The notes under the pieces were generated by a model, which worked only from the letters and a program-made list of their open reading frames with translations, was not told the DNA's origin and did not search any database. A stretch of 64,000 nt of DNA, taken from NCBI GenBank assembly GCA_963709345.1, contig CAVPVX010000001.1, positions 1 to 64,000 of the forward strand. Reading direction: 5' to 3'. The position numbers and the translations under genes are program-made. The stretch is from an uncultured Actinomycetes bacterium (GTDB taxonomy: Bacteria > Actinomycetota > Thermoleophilia > UBA2241). This document shows, one piece after another, positions 1 through 9,430 of the stretch (position 1 is its first letter; each line of letters starts with the position of its first letter).

Positions 1-1007
1 AACGCGAGGCCGGCGAGCTCGGCCCCTGCCATCAGGCGTGCCTCGCTCGCCTGCAGAGCTTCCTGAGCGCGCCTGCGCTCGCTAACGTCGATGGAGACGC
101 CCGTCAGACTGTCCGGCTCGCCGGTGGGCCTGAGGTGGGGCCGAGCACGGGAAGAGATCCACCGCGCGCGGCCCACGGCGGGAAGGATGATCCGGTAGTC
201 GATGTCGACGAGCTCGCCCTCTCGCGCCGACCGCTCGACGGCCCCTCGCACGAGATCCCAGTCCTCGGGATGCACCGCCGCCCGCAGACGCTCCATCGTG
301 ATGACCTCGTCGGGCGAGAACCCGAAAAGGGCACGAGCCCTCGCCGTGGCCCAGAAGACGCCCGTGCCGTAGTCCAGGGTCCAGAGCCCGGCCTCGGCGG
401 AGTCCACCGCCAGGTCCATGCGATCCTGGCTCTCGCGCAGAGCGTCGTCGGCGCGCTGGCGAGCCAGCGCCTGGGCGAAGATCTGCGCGACCAGCTGCAA
501 GCGGTTGACCAGCGTCGCCGGCCAGTCGCGGTGCACGCGCACCGTGTTGAAAGCCACGGCCCCGATGGCCGATCCGCCTCCGACCGCGAGCGGGAGGCAC
601 AAGCTCGACTTGACGCCCCTGCGCTGCGCGTACTCGAGGTCGACGGCGGCTTCCGCCGGCAGTTCCTCCGGCGCGCGGAAAGCGACCACGCGGCCGGCCC
701 GCATCTGCTCCACCGTCCAGGGGTACTGTTCCTGGCGGGTCGGCTCGGGCACCTGCACGTCCGCCAAGGCCGGGTAGGCGTGGGTCGGCACGACGGAATC
801 CTGGGACGTGACGGACCATTGCCAGAGAACCGCGAGATCGATGCTGAGGAACTCGCAAACGCGGAGCAGCGCGTCCTCGATCTCGTCGTGAACCTCGCCA
901 TCTCGCAGGTTGACGAACCTCGAGGAGAGCTCGGAGATCAGCGTCTCGAACCCGAGACGACTCTCCGTCCGCTCCGTCGAGCCCAGTGTCTCATCGCCAT
1001 AGGTCAC
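1..1007 (-). CDS. GAF/PAS sensor histidine kinase, N-terminal part (runs off window start); paralog of 35028..37028
   Basis: Not in the ORF track. Manual translation from GTG 1007 gives VTYGDETLGSTERTESRLGFETLISELSSRFVNLRDGEVHDEIEDALLRVCEFLSIDLAVLWQW, which aligns with RLEFETLISDLSSRFINLPPEDVHGEIEDTQRRVCEVLGIDLSALWE of the 35-kb kinase. Confidence 0.85.
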   Translation of the reverse strand, partial: MTYGDETLGSTERTESRLGFETLISELSSRFVNLRDGEVHDEIEDALLRVCEFLSIDLAVLWQWSVTSQDSVVPTHAYPALADVQVPEPTRQEQYPWTVEQMRAGRVVAFRAPEELPAEAAVDLEYAQRRGVKSSLCLPLAVGGGSAIGAVAFNTVRVHRDWPATLVNRLQLVAQIFAQALARQRADDALRESQDRMDLAVDSAEAGLWTLDYGTGVFWATARARALFGFSPDEVITMERLRAAVHPEDWDLVRGAVERSAREGELVDIDYRIILPAVGRARWISSRARPHLRPTGEPDSLTGVSIDVSERRRAQEALQASEARLMAGAELAGLA

Positions 1008-1059
1008 GTTTCCACGGTACACCATCCGCCCTCTCCCTGGAGGGCCTGTGGCCCAGGCT

Positions 1060-1128
1060 CCTGGCAGTTCCCAGGCAACGAGCCCCGTACTATCCCGAGT
1101 TCACAACCCTCCCGATTCTCACTAGTCT
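1060..1128 (+). promoter_or_regulatory. Conserved promoter cassette, copy 1
   Basis: CCCCGTACTATCCCGAG-TTCACA-N17-TAGTCT, with a degenerate box 23 bp upstream; same layout as five other copies. Confidence 0.8.
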
Positions 1129-1185
1129 CTCCTCGACACGCTTGAGCACGAATCGCGGCGACCACGGCCTTGGAGGAGCGCAGTG

Positions 1186-1260
1186 ATGCACGAAGCAGGC
1201 CTCAGCTGCACTCTGCTGGCCGGTCGCCACCACGGCCTCGAACGACGGGGTCGCGTCGTG
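1186..1260 (+). pseudogene. Relic of a stand-alone receiver-domain gene
   Basis: GGAGG, then ATG 1186: MHEAGLSCTLLAGRHHGL(+1)NDGV versus MHETPPGCVLLADRHHGLTEGV at 34828; the similarity then stops. Confidence 0.7.
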
Positions 1261-1336
1261 TTCCCGGCCGCATATCAGGACGCGCAAACCCGTCGCGCGC
1301 AGACACTGTCCGCGGGGAGAACAGCGAGGACCCGAC

Positions 1337-3091
1337 ATGGCATCGAGAAGTAAGCCCAGGAGCGAAGGGCCGACGGGGCTCGCCCGGTTCATGCCCATCT
1401 TCGGCTGGCTACCGGCCTACAACAAGTCCTGGCTGAAGGCCGACCTGATCGCCGGGCTCTCGGTCTGGGCGCTGATGGTCCCGACGTCGCTCGGCTACGC
1501 GACGATCAGCGGCGTTCCGGTCCAGTACGGCCTCTACGCTGCGGCGTTCGGACTCATCGGGTTCGCTCTCTTCACGACTTCCAGGCAAGTGACCCAAGGT
1601 CCAAGCTCATCGACGGCCGCGGTGCTGGGCGCTGCCGTGCTTGCCGTTGCATCCTCCGGCTCGGACGAAGCCGTGACCCTTGCCGCTGCGATCGTGGGGG
1701 TCACGGGCGCTCTCTTCGTGATCATGTACGTCCTGAGGATGGGATGGGTCTCTGACTTCCTCGCAGCGAGTGTCCTGACGGGCTTTGTCTTCGGCGTGGG
1801 CATCAACGTTGCGGCAGGCGAGCTGTTCAAGATCACGGGAACGGAATCCGGCGGCTCGAACACCTGGCAGAAGCTCTGGACGTGGGCCACCGGCCTGTCC
1901 GACGCGAACGGCACCACGGTCGTCGTCGGCGTCGCTGCACTCGCCCTGGTGTTCGGGATCGGCATCTTTGCACCGAAGATCCCGGGAGCCCTGGTCGCGG
2001 TGGTCATGGGGATCGCGGCGACGGCAGCCTTCACCCTCGGCGATCAGGGTGTCGCGCTCATCGGCGCAGTGCCGCGCGGCCTCCCCTCCGTGGTGGTTCC
2101 GGACCTCCGCTACATCATCGACAACTTCGCAACGGTCATGGCCGCTTCCGTTGGCCTGCTCCTCGTCGGGTTCTCGGTGACGACCGCCGCGGTCCGCAAC
2201 TACGCCTCCAAGCACAACTATCGCATCGACATCGACCAGGAGCTGCTGGCTCAAGGAGTGTCCAACCTCTCGTCTGGGTTCGTTCAGGGCATCTTCATCA
2301 ACGGAAGCCTCTCGAAGAGCCCGGTGAACGACCAAGCGGGTGCCAGATCCCAGGTGTCCAACCTCTTTCAGGCGTTCCTCATCATCCTGACTCTGCTGTT
2401 CCTCGCCCCGCTGTTCTCCAAGCTCCCGGAGGCAGTGCTGGGGGCGATCATCATCGAGGCCGTGACGATGGGGATGATGGACGTGCCGGAAATGAGGCGC
2501 CTCTATCACGTCAAGCCATTCGAGTTCCTGGCGGCGGTCGCCGCTCTCCTGGGCGTGATGACGTTCGGCATCCTTCCGGGCGTCTTCATCGGCGTCGGCC
2601 TCTCGCTGCTGTGGCTCGTGGCGGTGTCCTCGCTCCCCCACATCCCGGAGCTCGGCCGGAAGAAAGACACCAAAGCCTTCTTCGATCTTGGGACACACCC
2701 CGAGGCTGAGACCTATCCAGGTCTCGCGATCGTGCGCTTCGACGGTGGTCTGTTCTTCGTCAACTCAGGCGCCCTGGGAGACCGCATGCGCGAGATTCGG
2801 GTCCGCGAAGGATCAGACCTGAAGGGAGTGATCCTGAGCATGGAGGGTGTCGACTTCATCGACACCGAAGGCGCCGACACGATCAAGGCGATGGCCAAGG
2901 CGGGCGAGCAGCGCGGCATCGATTTCCACCTTGCCCGAGTGAAAGCCCAAGTGTTCGACGTGCTCGAACGGGACGGGGTCATCGCCCTCATCGGACCGGA
3001 CCACATCCATGATGACATCGCGACTGCCGTCAAGATGCACATGGGGAACCACCCCCAAGCTGCTGCGTCGTCGCGTCCCGAGGACGACTAG
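1337..3091 (+). CDS. SulP-family anion transporter with STAS domain
   Basis: DLIAGLSVWALMVP, GLY, QELLAQG and GSLSKS motifs; C-terminal STAS domain (RFDGGLFFVN, VDFIDTEG). Confidence 0.92.
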   Translation: MASRSKPRSEGPTGLARFMPIFGWLPAYNKSWLKADLIAGLSVWALMVPTSLGYATISGVPVQYGLYAAAFGLIGFALFTTSRQVTQGPSSSTAAVLGAAVLAVASSGSDEAVTLAAAIVGVTGALFVIMYVLRMGWVSDFLAASVLTGFVFGVGINVAAGELFKITGTESGGSNTWQKLWTWATGLSDANGTTVVVGVAALALVFGIGIFAPKIPGALVAVVMGIAATAAFTLGDQGVALIGAVPRGLPSVVVPDLRYIIDNFATVMAASVGLLLVGFSVTTAAVRNYASKHNYRIDIDQELLAQGVSNLSSGFVQGIFINGSLSKSPVNDQAGARSQVSNLFQAFLIILTLLFLAPLFSKLPEAVLGAIIIEAVTMGMMDVPEMRRLYHVKPFEFLAAVAALLGVMTFGILPGVFIGVGLSLLWLVAVSSLPHIPELGRKKDTKAFFDLGTHPEAETYPGLAIVRFDGGLFFVNSGALGDRMREIRVREGSDLKGVILSMEGVDFIDTEGADTIKAMAKAGEQRGIDFHLARVKAQVFDVLERDGVIALIGPDHIHDDIATAVKMHMGNHPQAAASSRPEDD

Positions 3092-3169
3092 CGGGGGGAA
3101 GCCAGCCATGGAGGTCTCCAGGGCCGTCGTCGGGACGCATTGCCAATCGGGTAGCGGAGCTTCTGCGTT

Positions 3170-3212
3170 GCATGGGCCTGGCCCCGGTGACTGCTCGCGA
3201 CCAGGCCCATGC
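3170..3212. terminator. Inverted repeat downstream of SulP, possible terminator
   Basis: GCATGGGCCTGG ... CCAGGCCCATGC, 12-bp arms. Confidence 0.4.
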
Positions 3213-3274
3213 CGCCGGCCCCATCGTGCATGACCCCCGCGGCGCCCTCCTCAGGATGGCGCATGGCCTGGGCG

Positions 3275-3343
3275 CGTCGTGTTCACCAGGCGACGAGCCC
3301 CGTACTATCCCGAGGTCACAACCCTCCCGATTCTCACTAGTCT
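3275..3343 (+). promoter_or_regulatory. Conserved promoter cassette, copy 2
   Basis: CCCCGTACTATCCCGAG-GTCACA-N17-TAGTCT; 3286-3343 matches 1071-1128 at 56 of 58 nt; lies 30 nt before the DUF2252 ATG. Confidence 0.85.
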
Positions 3344-3372
3344 ATGCCCTACCGCGAATGAGGTGATTTGCC

Positions 3373-4830
3373 ATGACGAAGCGTGAGAAGTCCCCGCCCA
3401 GGAAGCCGGCATCTCGGAAGTCGCCGTCGCGCAAGGCGGCGGCCGTAGCGCGCACAGAGATCGCGAGCTGGGCGGCCACCGAGGAGCACCGCGACTTGGG
3501 CAGAGCCGCGCGCAGGCTGGTGCCGCGCAGCAGCCATGCCGGATGGGCTCCGCCGCACGACCGCCCCGACCCCGTGGCGCTCCTCCAGTCGCAGGACGCC
3601 ATGCGAGTGCCGGAGCTCGTGCCGATCCGGTGGGGCCGCATGTCGGCGTCGCCGTTCACGTTCTACCGCGGCGCGGCCCTGCTCATGGCCTCGGATCTCT
3701 CGGCGACCCCCGACTCAGGCCTGACCGTGCAGGCGTGCGGCGACGCCCACCTGCTCAACTTCGGGATCTTCGCCTCGCCGGAGCGGACGCTGCTCTTCGA
3801 CGTCAACGACTTCGACGAGACGTTGCCCGGCCCGTGGGAGTGGGACCTCAAGCGCCTCGTGACCAGCCTCGTCCTCGCCGGCCGCGACGCCGGTTTCAAT
3901 GCCGCCGAGACTCGCGACGCGGCGCTCGCCGCCGCGCGCTCCTACCGCGAGCGGATGGCGGGCTACGCCGAGATGGCCGACCTCGACGTCTACTACTCGA
4001 AGGTGGCGGCGGAGGAGATCGTGCGGCTGGCGAAGAAGACGGCCGGCGTGAGCAAGGGCGGGGTGGAGCAGGTCCTCGCCAAGGCCCGCACGCGCGACAG
4101 TCTCCACGCCCTGACCAAGCTCACCAACACGGTCGACGGAATGCCGCGCATCATCGACGCGCCGCCGCTCATCGCTCATCTCTCCGTAGAGCAGGCAGAC
4201 CTCGAGCAGGTCGCCCGGAAGGCGTTCGCCGACTATCGCGCCACGCTGCAGGAGGATCACCGCCAGCTCGTCGAGCGCTACCGGTTCGCGGACCTTGCGA
4301 TGAAGGTCGTGGGGGTCGGCAGCGTGGGCACGGTCTCCTTGATCGTCCTCCTGGTGGGTCGTGACGATGGTGATCCCCTGTTTCTGCAGCTCAAGGAGGC
4401 AGGACCCTCGGTGCTCGAGAGATTCGTGGGCAGGAGCCGCTACCGGAATCAGGGCCGTCGTGTCGTCGCCGGCCAGCGGCTGATGCAGGCGGCCAGTGAC
4501 ATCTTCCTTGGCTGGGTGCGCGTCGCCGGCGGGCAGCAGCGCGACTACTATTGGCGCCAGCTGCGCGACATGAAGGGTTCGTTCGCGGTCGAGGACCCGC
4601 GCCCGAACGGCCTTGCCCTGTACGGTGGCATCTGCGCCTGGGCGCTGGCACGGGCTCACGCACGCACCGGCGACCGCATCGCCATCGCCGCCTACCTCGG
4701 CAAGAGCGACCGCTTCGACCTCGCCGTCGCCGATTTCGCTGAGGGCTACGCCGATCAGGTCGAAAGGGACTACGCGGTGATCCAGAAGGCGATCAAGGAC
4801 GGCAGGATCCACGCCGAGACCGGCGTCTGA
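3373..4830 (+). CDS. DUF2252 family protein (kinase-like)
   Basis: RMSASPFTFYRG, CGDAHLLNFG, FDVNDFDE, KVVGVGSVG, LQLKEA and RQLRDMKGS motifs. Confidence 0.92.
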   Translation: MTKREKSPPRKPASRKSPSRKAAAVARTEIASWAATEEHRDLGRAARRLVPRSSHAGWAPPHDRPDPVALLQSQDAMRVPELVPIRWGRMSASPFTFYRGAALLMASDLSATPDSGLTVQACGDAHLLNFGIFASPERTLLFDVNDFDETLPGPWEWDLKRLVTSLVLAGRDAGFNAAETRDAALAAARSYRERMAGYAEMADLDVYYSKVAAEEIVRLAKKTAGVSKGGVEQVLAKARTRDSLHALTKLTNTVDGMPRIIDAPPLIAHLSVEQADLEQVARKAFADYRATLQEDHRQLVERYRFADLAMKVVGVGSVGTVSLIVLLVGRDDGDPLFLQLKEAGPSVLERFVGRSRYRNQGRRVVAGQRLMQAASDIFLGWVRVAGGQQRDYYWRQLRDMKGSFAVEDPRPNGLALYGGICAWALARAHARTGDRIAIAAYLGKSDRFDLAVADFAEGYADQVERDYAVIQKAIKDGRIHAETGV

Positions 4831-4856
4831 CCTGCTTCGGAGGCGAGAGCGCGATC

Positions 4857-5669
4857 GTGATGTCGTCTTTCCCCGCAGAATGCATCGCTCTCGGGACAAG
4901 CTTGACCCGGCGACGGCCGGAGGACTCGCGGTGGGCCATGGCGACGCCTGCCGCCCGCGAGCAGGGCGGCCTGCCAGCTTCGGCAGGGGGCAAGTCAGGT
5001 GAGCCACCATCATCGGCCGCAAGGAGGCGGGACCAGCAAGGCTCGCCGACCGGCGACCGGAAGCGGGCGCCCGCCGTGGGCGCCGAGCCGAAGGATCACC
5101 TCGCGGCGACGCCCACCGGCGTGCGCATCGGGGTCATCGCCGACAATCACGGCCACCTCGATCCGATGGTCCTCGAGATCTTCGCGGGCGTGACCCACAT
5201 CATCCACGCCGGCGACACCATGGACCCCGACATCATGGCTAGCCTCGCCGCAGTCGCCCCCGTCACGGCGGTGGCCGGCAACATGGACTCGAAACGCCCG
5301 CTGTCGGCGTTGCCGCACGAGGTTGCGGGAGAAGTGGCCGGCGTGCGCTTCGTCGTCGGCCACAAGCGCAAACGACTCCTGAAAGACCTGGCCGCCGGCA
5401 ACATCAAAGGGTTAACCAAAGGAGAGGTACCGGACCTCGTCGTCTACGGTCACGATCACATGCCCGCGGCAGCCTGGGTCGACGGCACCCTGTTCCTGAA
5501 CCCCGGCAGTGCGAGCGCACCTCATGAAGAAGACGACGGCCCGACGGTAGCCGTCGTCGAGGTGAGACCTGCCGGCCTGGCCGCCTGTTTCGTGCCTCTG
5601 ATGCGCACGTATGGCACAAGCCAGGCGGGGGCAGCCGAGCGGGCCGGCGTGAAGACCCACGAGGAGTGA
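4857..5669 (+). CDS. YfcE-like metallophosphoesterase (true start probably downstream; domain begins near 5121)
   Basis: IADNHG, IHAGD, VAGNMD, YGHDH and NPGS motifs. Confidence 0.8.
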   Translation: MMSSFPAECIALGTSLTRRRPEDSRWAMATPAAREQGGLPASAGGKSGEPPSSAARRRDQQGSPTGDRKRAPAVGAEPKDHLAATPTGVRIGVIADNHGHLDPMVLEIFAGVTHIIHAGDTMDPDIMASLAAVAPVTAVAGNMDSKRPLSALPHEVAGEVAGVRFVVGHKRKRLLKDLAAGNIKGLTKGEVPDLVVYGHDHMPAAAWVDGTLFLNPGSASAPHEEDDGPTVAVVEVRPAGLAACFVPLMRTYGTSQAGAAERAGVKTHEE

Positions 5670-5787
5670 TGGTCGCCCACAAGGACGTCGAGGCGCAGAT
5701 GACCCCGGCTGGAGAAGTAGCCCGGATCCGAGCCTGCCCCTGCAAGAGCGGGTCGGCCTGCACCACACCACACACGAAGGGATTCCC

Positions 5788-5952
5788 ACGATCGACGACA
5801 TCGAGAAGACGCTTGAAGACATCGAGGCCTTGTTCGCACAGACCGCCCGCGAGTTGACCACCGACGGCGACAAGGTGACCTTTCACGGCCTCTCGCCCGC
5901 CACCCTCTTCTTCTCCGACCGGCCCCAGTCTGTCGCGACTCGTCGCTCATGA
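5788..5952 (+). pseudogene. Truncated N-terminal gene fragment
   Basis: RBS GAAGGGA, then ACG in place of ATG: IDDIEKTLEDIEALFAQTARELTTDGDKVTFHGLSPATLFFSDRPQ. Coding-like codon use ends at about 5928, where it meets the start (MSDESRQ) of a minus-strand gene stub. Confidence 0.5.
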
Positions 5953-5994
5953 CGGCCTCCGTGTCATGTGGCGCGAAGGGGACCTTCTCGGAGT

Positions 5995-7644
5995 CTAGGC
6001 CGGCGTCGGCACCGAGCCCGGCTGTTCCTTCGGTATCCGCCCGGTGAAGAAGAGGGCGATCACGCCGATGACGGCGAGCACGGACAGGGCCGTGCGAAGA
6101 CCGTCGATCTGCGACGCCTCGTTCTGGTCGATGATCTCCTTCTGGACCTCCGCAGGGACTGCCGCCTCCGTCAGGCCGGCCTCGACCTGGGCGTTGGAGA
6201 TGAACGGAGCTCCGGCCGCCAACTGGGTGTTCGCCTCGTCCTTGACCGACTGGGGCACGTTCGGGTTGGCCTCGATGCCGGCCAGGAAGGAGGCGGTGAG
6301 CACCGCGATCAAAATCGAGCCGGCGAGAGCCGTCCCGAGCGAGGCCCCCAGCTGCGTGGCGGTGTTCTGCAAACCGCCGACCTCGGAACTCTGCTCGGTC
6401 GCCACGGCCGACACGGTCACGTTGCCCAGTTGCGACGCAAGCGCCCCGATTCCGAGCCCGATGATGATCATCGGGACGAACACGATGGATGAGTCGGCGC
6501 CGATCTCGAGGCTGCCGATCAGCACCAGGAGTCCGGCGACCAGAGCCAGCAGGCCGACGCGCACCACGCGCCGTGGGTTGGCCTTCGGGAGAAAGCGCGG
6601 GACGCCGGCGGCGGCTACGAGCAGCGCCAGGGACAGCGGCACGAGCCGCATCCCTGTCTCCATGGGCGACAGCCCGAGCACCACCGAGAGGAACAGCGGC
6701 ACGGTGAAGAAGACCCCCGCCTGGATCAGGAACAGGAACAGGAAGGTGACGAGACCGCCGGTGAGCTGCCGGTGGCTGAAGAGTGACGGCGCGATGAGCG
6801 GCTCCTTGCCGGTACGCTCGAGACGCTGCTGCCAGCGAAGGAACAGCCAGAGAAGGAAGAGGCCGGCGATGATGAACCAGATCGTCAGAGAAAGCCCGGC
6901 GAAGGACGTCGCTCCCTCCTTCGGAAGGAACCATCCCCACGTCGACGACATCAGCACGCCGAGCACGACGAGCGCAAGGCCCGCCGAGGAGACCACCACG
7001 CCGATCAGATCGAGGCGCGGGCGCTTGACGACCGGCTCGTCGGCCGCCCGCCGCGCCAGGAACAGGATGGCGATGACGATGACCACCTCCCCGACGAAGA
7101 CGTAGCGCCACGAGAAGTACGTGGTCATGAAGCCCCCGATGACGGGTCCTACGGCGATGGCGATTGCCGCTGCGGCGGCCACCAGCCCGTAGGCGCGCGG
7201 GCGTCCCTCGGGTGCGAAGTTGCTCGCCACCAGCCCGACGATCGCCGGCATGATGAGGATGGCGCCGATGCCCTCGATGAACGACCAGCCGATGATCAGC
7301 ACGGTGAGGTTCGGCGCCAGCGCGGTCGTGAGCGATCCGCAGCCGTAGACGACGCAGCCGATGGAGAACGCGCGCTTGCGCCCGATCATGCCGCCGATCT
7401 TGCCGCCGAGGATCATGAGGCTGGCCATGACCAGCGTGTACAGCGTGATCGCCGTCTGCACGCCCTGCACCGTCGTGCCGAGGTCCTCGGCGACGGTGGC
7501 GATGGAGACGTTCATGACCGACGAGTCAAGAGCCATGAGGAACTGGCCCGCCGCCAGGGTGAAGAGGATCAGTCCCGCGCCTGCCGTGGCGGCAGCCGCG
7601 ACCTTGCCGGCCCCGGCAGCGCCGGACGTCGTCTTCTTCGCCAC
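5995..7644 (-). CDS. MFS transporter, DHA2 (14-TM) type
   Basis: QFLMALDSSVMNVS and GGKIGGMIGRKR (motif A); many TM helices. Confidence 0.9.
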   Translation of the reverse strand: MAKKTTSGAAGAGKVAAAATAGAGLILFTLAAGQFLMALDSSVMNVSIATVAEDLGTTVQGVQTAITLYTLVMASLMILGGKIGGMIGRKRAFSIGCVVYGCGSLTTALAPNLTVLIIGWSFIEGIGAILIMPAIVGLVASNFAPEGRPRAYGLVAAAAAIAIAVGPVIGGFMTTYFSWRYVFVGEVVIVIAILFLARRAADEPVVKRPRLDLIGVVVSSAGLALVVLGVLMSSTWGWFLPKEGATSFAGLSLTIWFIIAGLFLLWLFLRWQQRLERTGKEPLIAPSLFSHRQLTGGLVTFLFLFLIQAGVFFTVPLFLSVVLGLSPMETGMRLVPLSLALLVAAAGVPRFLPKANPRRVVRVGLLALVAGLLVLIGSLEIGADSSIVFVPMIIIGLGIGALASQLGNVTVSAVATEQSSEVGGLQNTATQLGASLGTALAGSILIAVLTASFLAGIEANPNVPQSVKDEANTQLAAGAPFISNAQVEAGLTEAAVPAEVQKEIIDQNEASQIDGLRTALSVLAVIGVIALFFTGRIPKEQPGSVPTPA

Positions 7645-7684
7645 TTCAGTTCCCCCTCATGAGACTCTCGCCAGCCGACTCAGT

Positions 7685-7700
7685 CTGACCCAACGGTCAG
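7685..7700. promoter_or_regulatory. Putative TetR operator
   Basis: CTGACC-CAAC-GGTCAG, inside a TTGCGC-N17-CAGACT promoter upstream of the MFS gene. Confidence 0.65.
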
Positions 7701-7888
7701 GACGGCGCAATGCCGCCAATCCGAGAGTCATGCCCTCGGCGGCTCCGACGAACCCGAGGATCCCTGCGGCGAGCGGCACGAGGAGAGACACCTGAAGGGC
7801 GGACGATGGCGATGGACGCAGCATTGATCCACCGACCTTCTCTCCATCCGCGTGGAGCGGGGTCGCCACTCGAAGCGCTGATCCTCCG

Positions 7889-8542
7889 TCAGGTGGAGCG
7901 ACCCAGTACACGCCTGATGGTCCTGATCGGCAGGAGCAGGTAGACGCCGATCAGCAAGTACAGCGCCACGCCCACGTAGGGCGAGATGAGCCCGAGCGCC
8001 GTCGCCACCCCGTAGAAGACGAGGCTCGGCGCCAGCTGGTACTTCACGCGATTGTCCTCCGCGCGTTCCTCACCCTTGTCCTCGCCGAAGAGGCCTTCGC
8101 GCTCGGCGTACTTGCCGAGCACGATGAGCATCAGACTCAGGAGGAAGAGGATGATGCCGAAGAACGCCACCGCCGTACGCTCGCCGCCCGTCTCCGCGTC
8201 GGTCGTCCTGAGATATGTCTCCATCACTCTGGTCGGGAACGGCAGAAAGGCGACCAGCAAGAGGAGCAACAGGTTCAGCCGCAGGAAGCCGGCGTTGACG
8301 CGTTCCAGCGCCTCGGTCAGCGCGCTGTGCTCGATCCAGACGACGCCGATCGACATGAAGGCGATGAAGTAGGCCAGGTACACCGGCCGCTCGTGCCACA
8401 GCGCCGACAACAGACCACCGCCGCCGTGCTCCGGCACAGCGATCTCGATGACCAGGAGCGTGATGGCGATCGCGAAGACTCCGTCGCTGAACGCCTCCAG
8501 ACGGCCTTTGCTTTTCGCGCCTTTGGACGGCAACTCGTTCAT
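7889..8542 (-). CDS. TMEM175-family potassium channel
   Basis: RLEAFSDGVFAIAITLL signature; W..H and LPFPT motifs. Confidence 0.9.
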   Translation of the reverse strand: MNELPSKGAKSKGRLEAFSDGVFAIAITLLVIEIAVPEHGGGGLLSALWHERPVYLAYFIAFMSIGVVWIEHSALTEALERVNAGFLRLNLLLLLLVAFLPFPTRVMETYLRTTDAETGGERTAVAFFGIILFLLSLMLIVLGKYAEREGLFGEDKGEERAEDNRVKYQLAPSLVFYGVATALGLISPYVGVALYLLIGVYLLLPIRTIRRVLGRST

Positions 8543-8670
8543 ACCTACCTCCCGCTGGTCCGACGTTGCCCTGGCCGGGTGCCGGCGTGGCACCGGCGAC
8601 AGAACGACGGCGAGCGGGTCCCGGTCTCAGTCGCCCGCCCGCCGTCGTCACATGCTCACTTGCGTGACCT

Positions 8671-9180
8671 TCAGGCTGTCGCGTCCTTCTTGTGGTGCTT
8701 GGCGCCGAAGGCGTGCTTGAGCTCCGCTTCCTGCTCGGCCGTGAGGTTGGAGCGCACCAGCTTGGCGTTGGTGCCCTCGACGGCGGCGAGGAACTTGTCC
8801 TCCGTCAGCTGGCTGATGACGAGGAACCAGCCGGCCTTGCCCGGCGGCACCGCGTCGCCCATCTGCTGGAGGACTTCCTTGTCGATCCCGGTCTTGCCCA
8901 GCTTGCCGAACAGGGCGCCCATGCCGGCGCCGATGGCGAGACCGAGGAACGGCACGAAGAAGAGCAGGCCGAAGAGCATGCCCCAGAAGGCGCCGCCGAG
9001 GGCGCCCGCGCCGACCAGTCCATGGCCGTGCTTGACGTGCGGCTTGCCGTCGGGGTCGCGGACGACCTCGGCTGCGTCCTGCAGCTGCACGATCATGTCC
9101 TTCTGAAGCTCCGCGAGCTTGAGGCCGAAGCGGTCGGCCTCAATCTCGTTCTCGAAGCCGAGGACCATCATTTCGCTCAT
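8671..9180 (-). CDS. DUF1269 family membrane protein
   Basis: LQDAAEVVRDPDGK, GALGGAFWGMLFGLLF and GIDKE; close paralog at 52031..52531. Confidence 0.88.
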   Translation of the reverse strand: MSEMMVLGFENEIEADRFGLKLAELQKDMIVQLQDAAEVVRDPDGKPHVKHGHGLVGAGALGGAFWGMLFGLLFFVPFLGLAIGAGMGALFGKLGKTGIDKEVLQQMGDAVPPGKAGWFLVISQLTEDKFLAAVEGTNAKLVRSNLTAEQEAELKHAFGAKHHKKDATA

Positions 9181-9307
9181 ACGCCCTTCCCTTTCAATCG
9201 GGTGGTCCAAGCGGAGTCGCCAGACCGACAATATGTCACTCTTCCCAACGAGCAGTGAGTCCCCAGACCACCCTCGCGTCGACCACTAGGATGATGAGGG
9301 TCCAGAC

Positions 9308-9323
9308 CTTACCATACGGTCAG
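9308..9323. promoter_or_regulatory. Putative TetR operator
   Basis: CTTACC-ATAC-GGTCAG between the divergent DUF1269 and tetR genes; TATACT at 9330. Confidence 0.6.
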
Positions 9324-9378
9324 GGCATATATACTGCGGCGGCGCCGAGGCCGCGTCAAGCGGCCGATGGCGGCAGAT

Positions 9379-9394
9379 GTTACCAGGGGGTAAC
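9379..9394. promoter_or_regulatory. Putative TetR operator (perfect arms)
   Basis: GTTACC-AGGG-GGTAAC just upstream of tetR. Confidence 0.75.
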
Positions 9395-9430
9395 TCCCCG
9401 GTGCACAGGACCGAAACCGGACGATGACTG

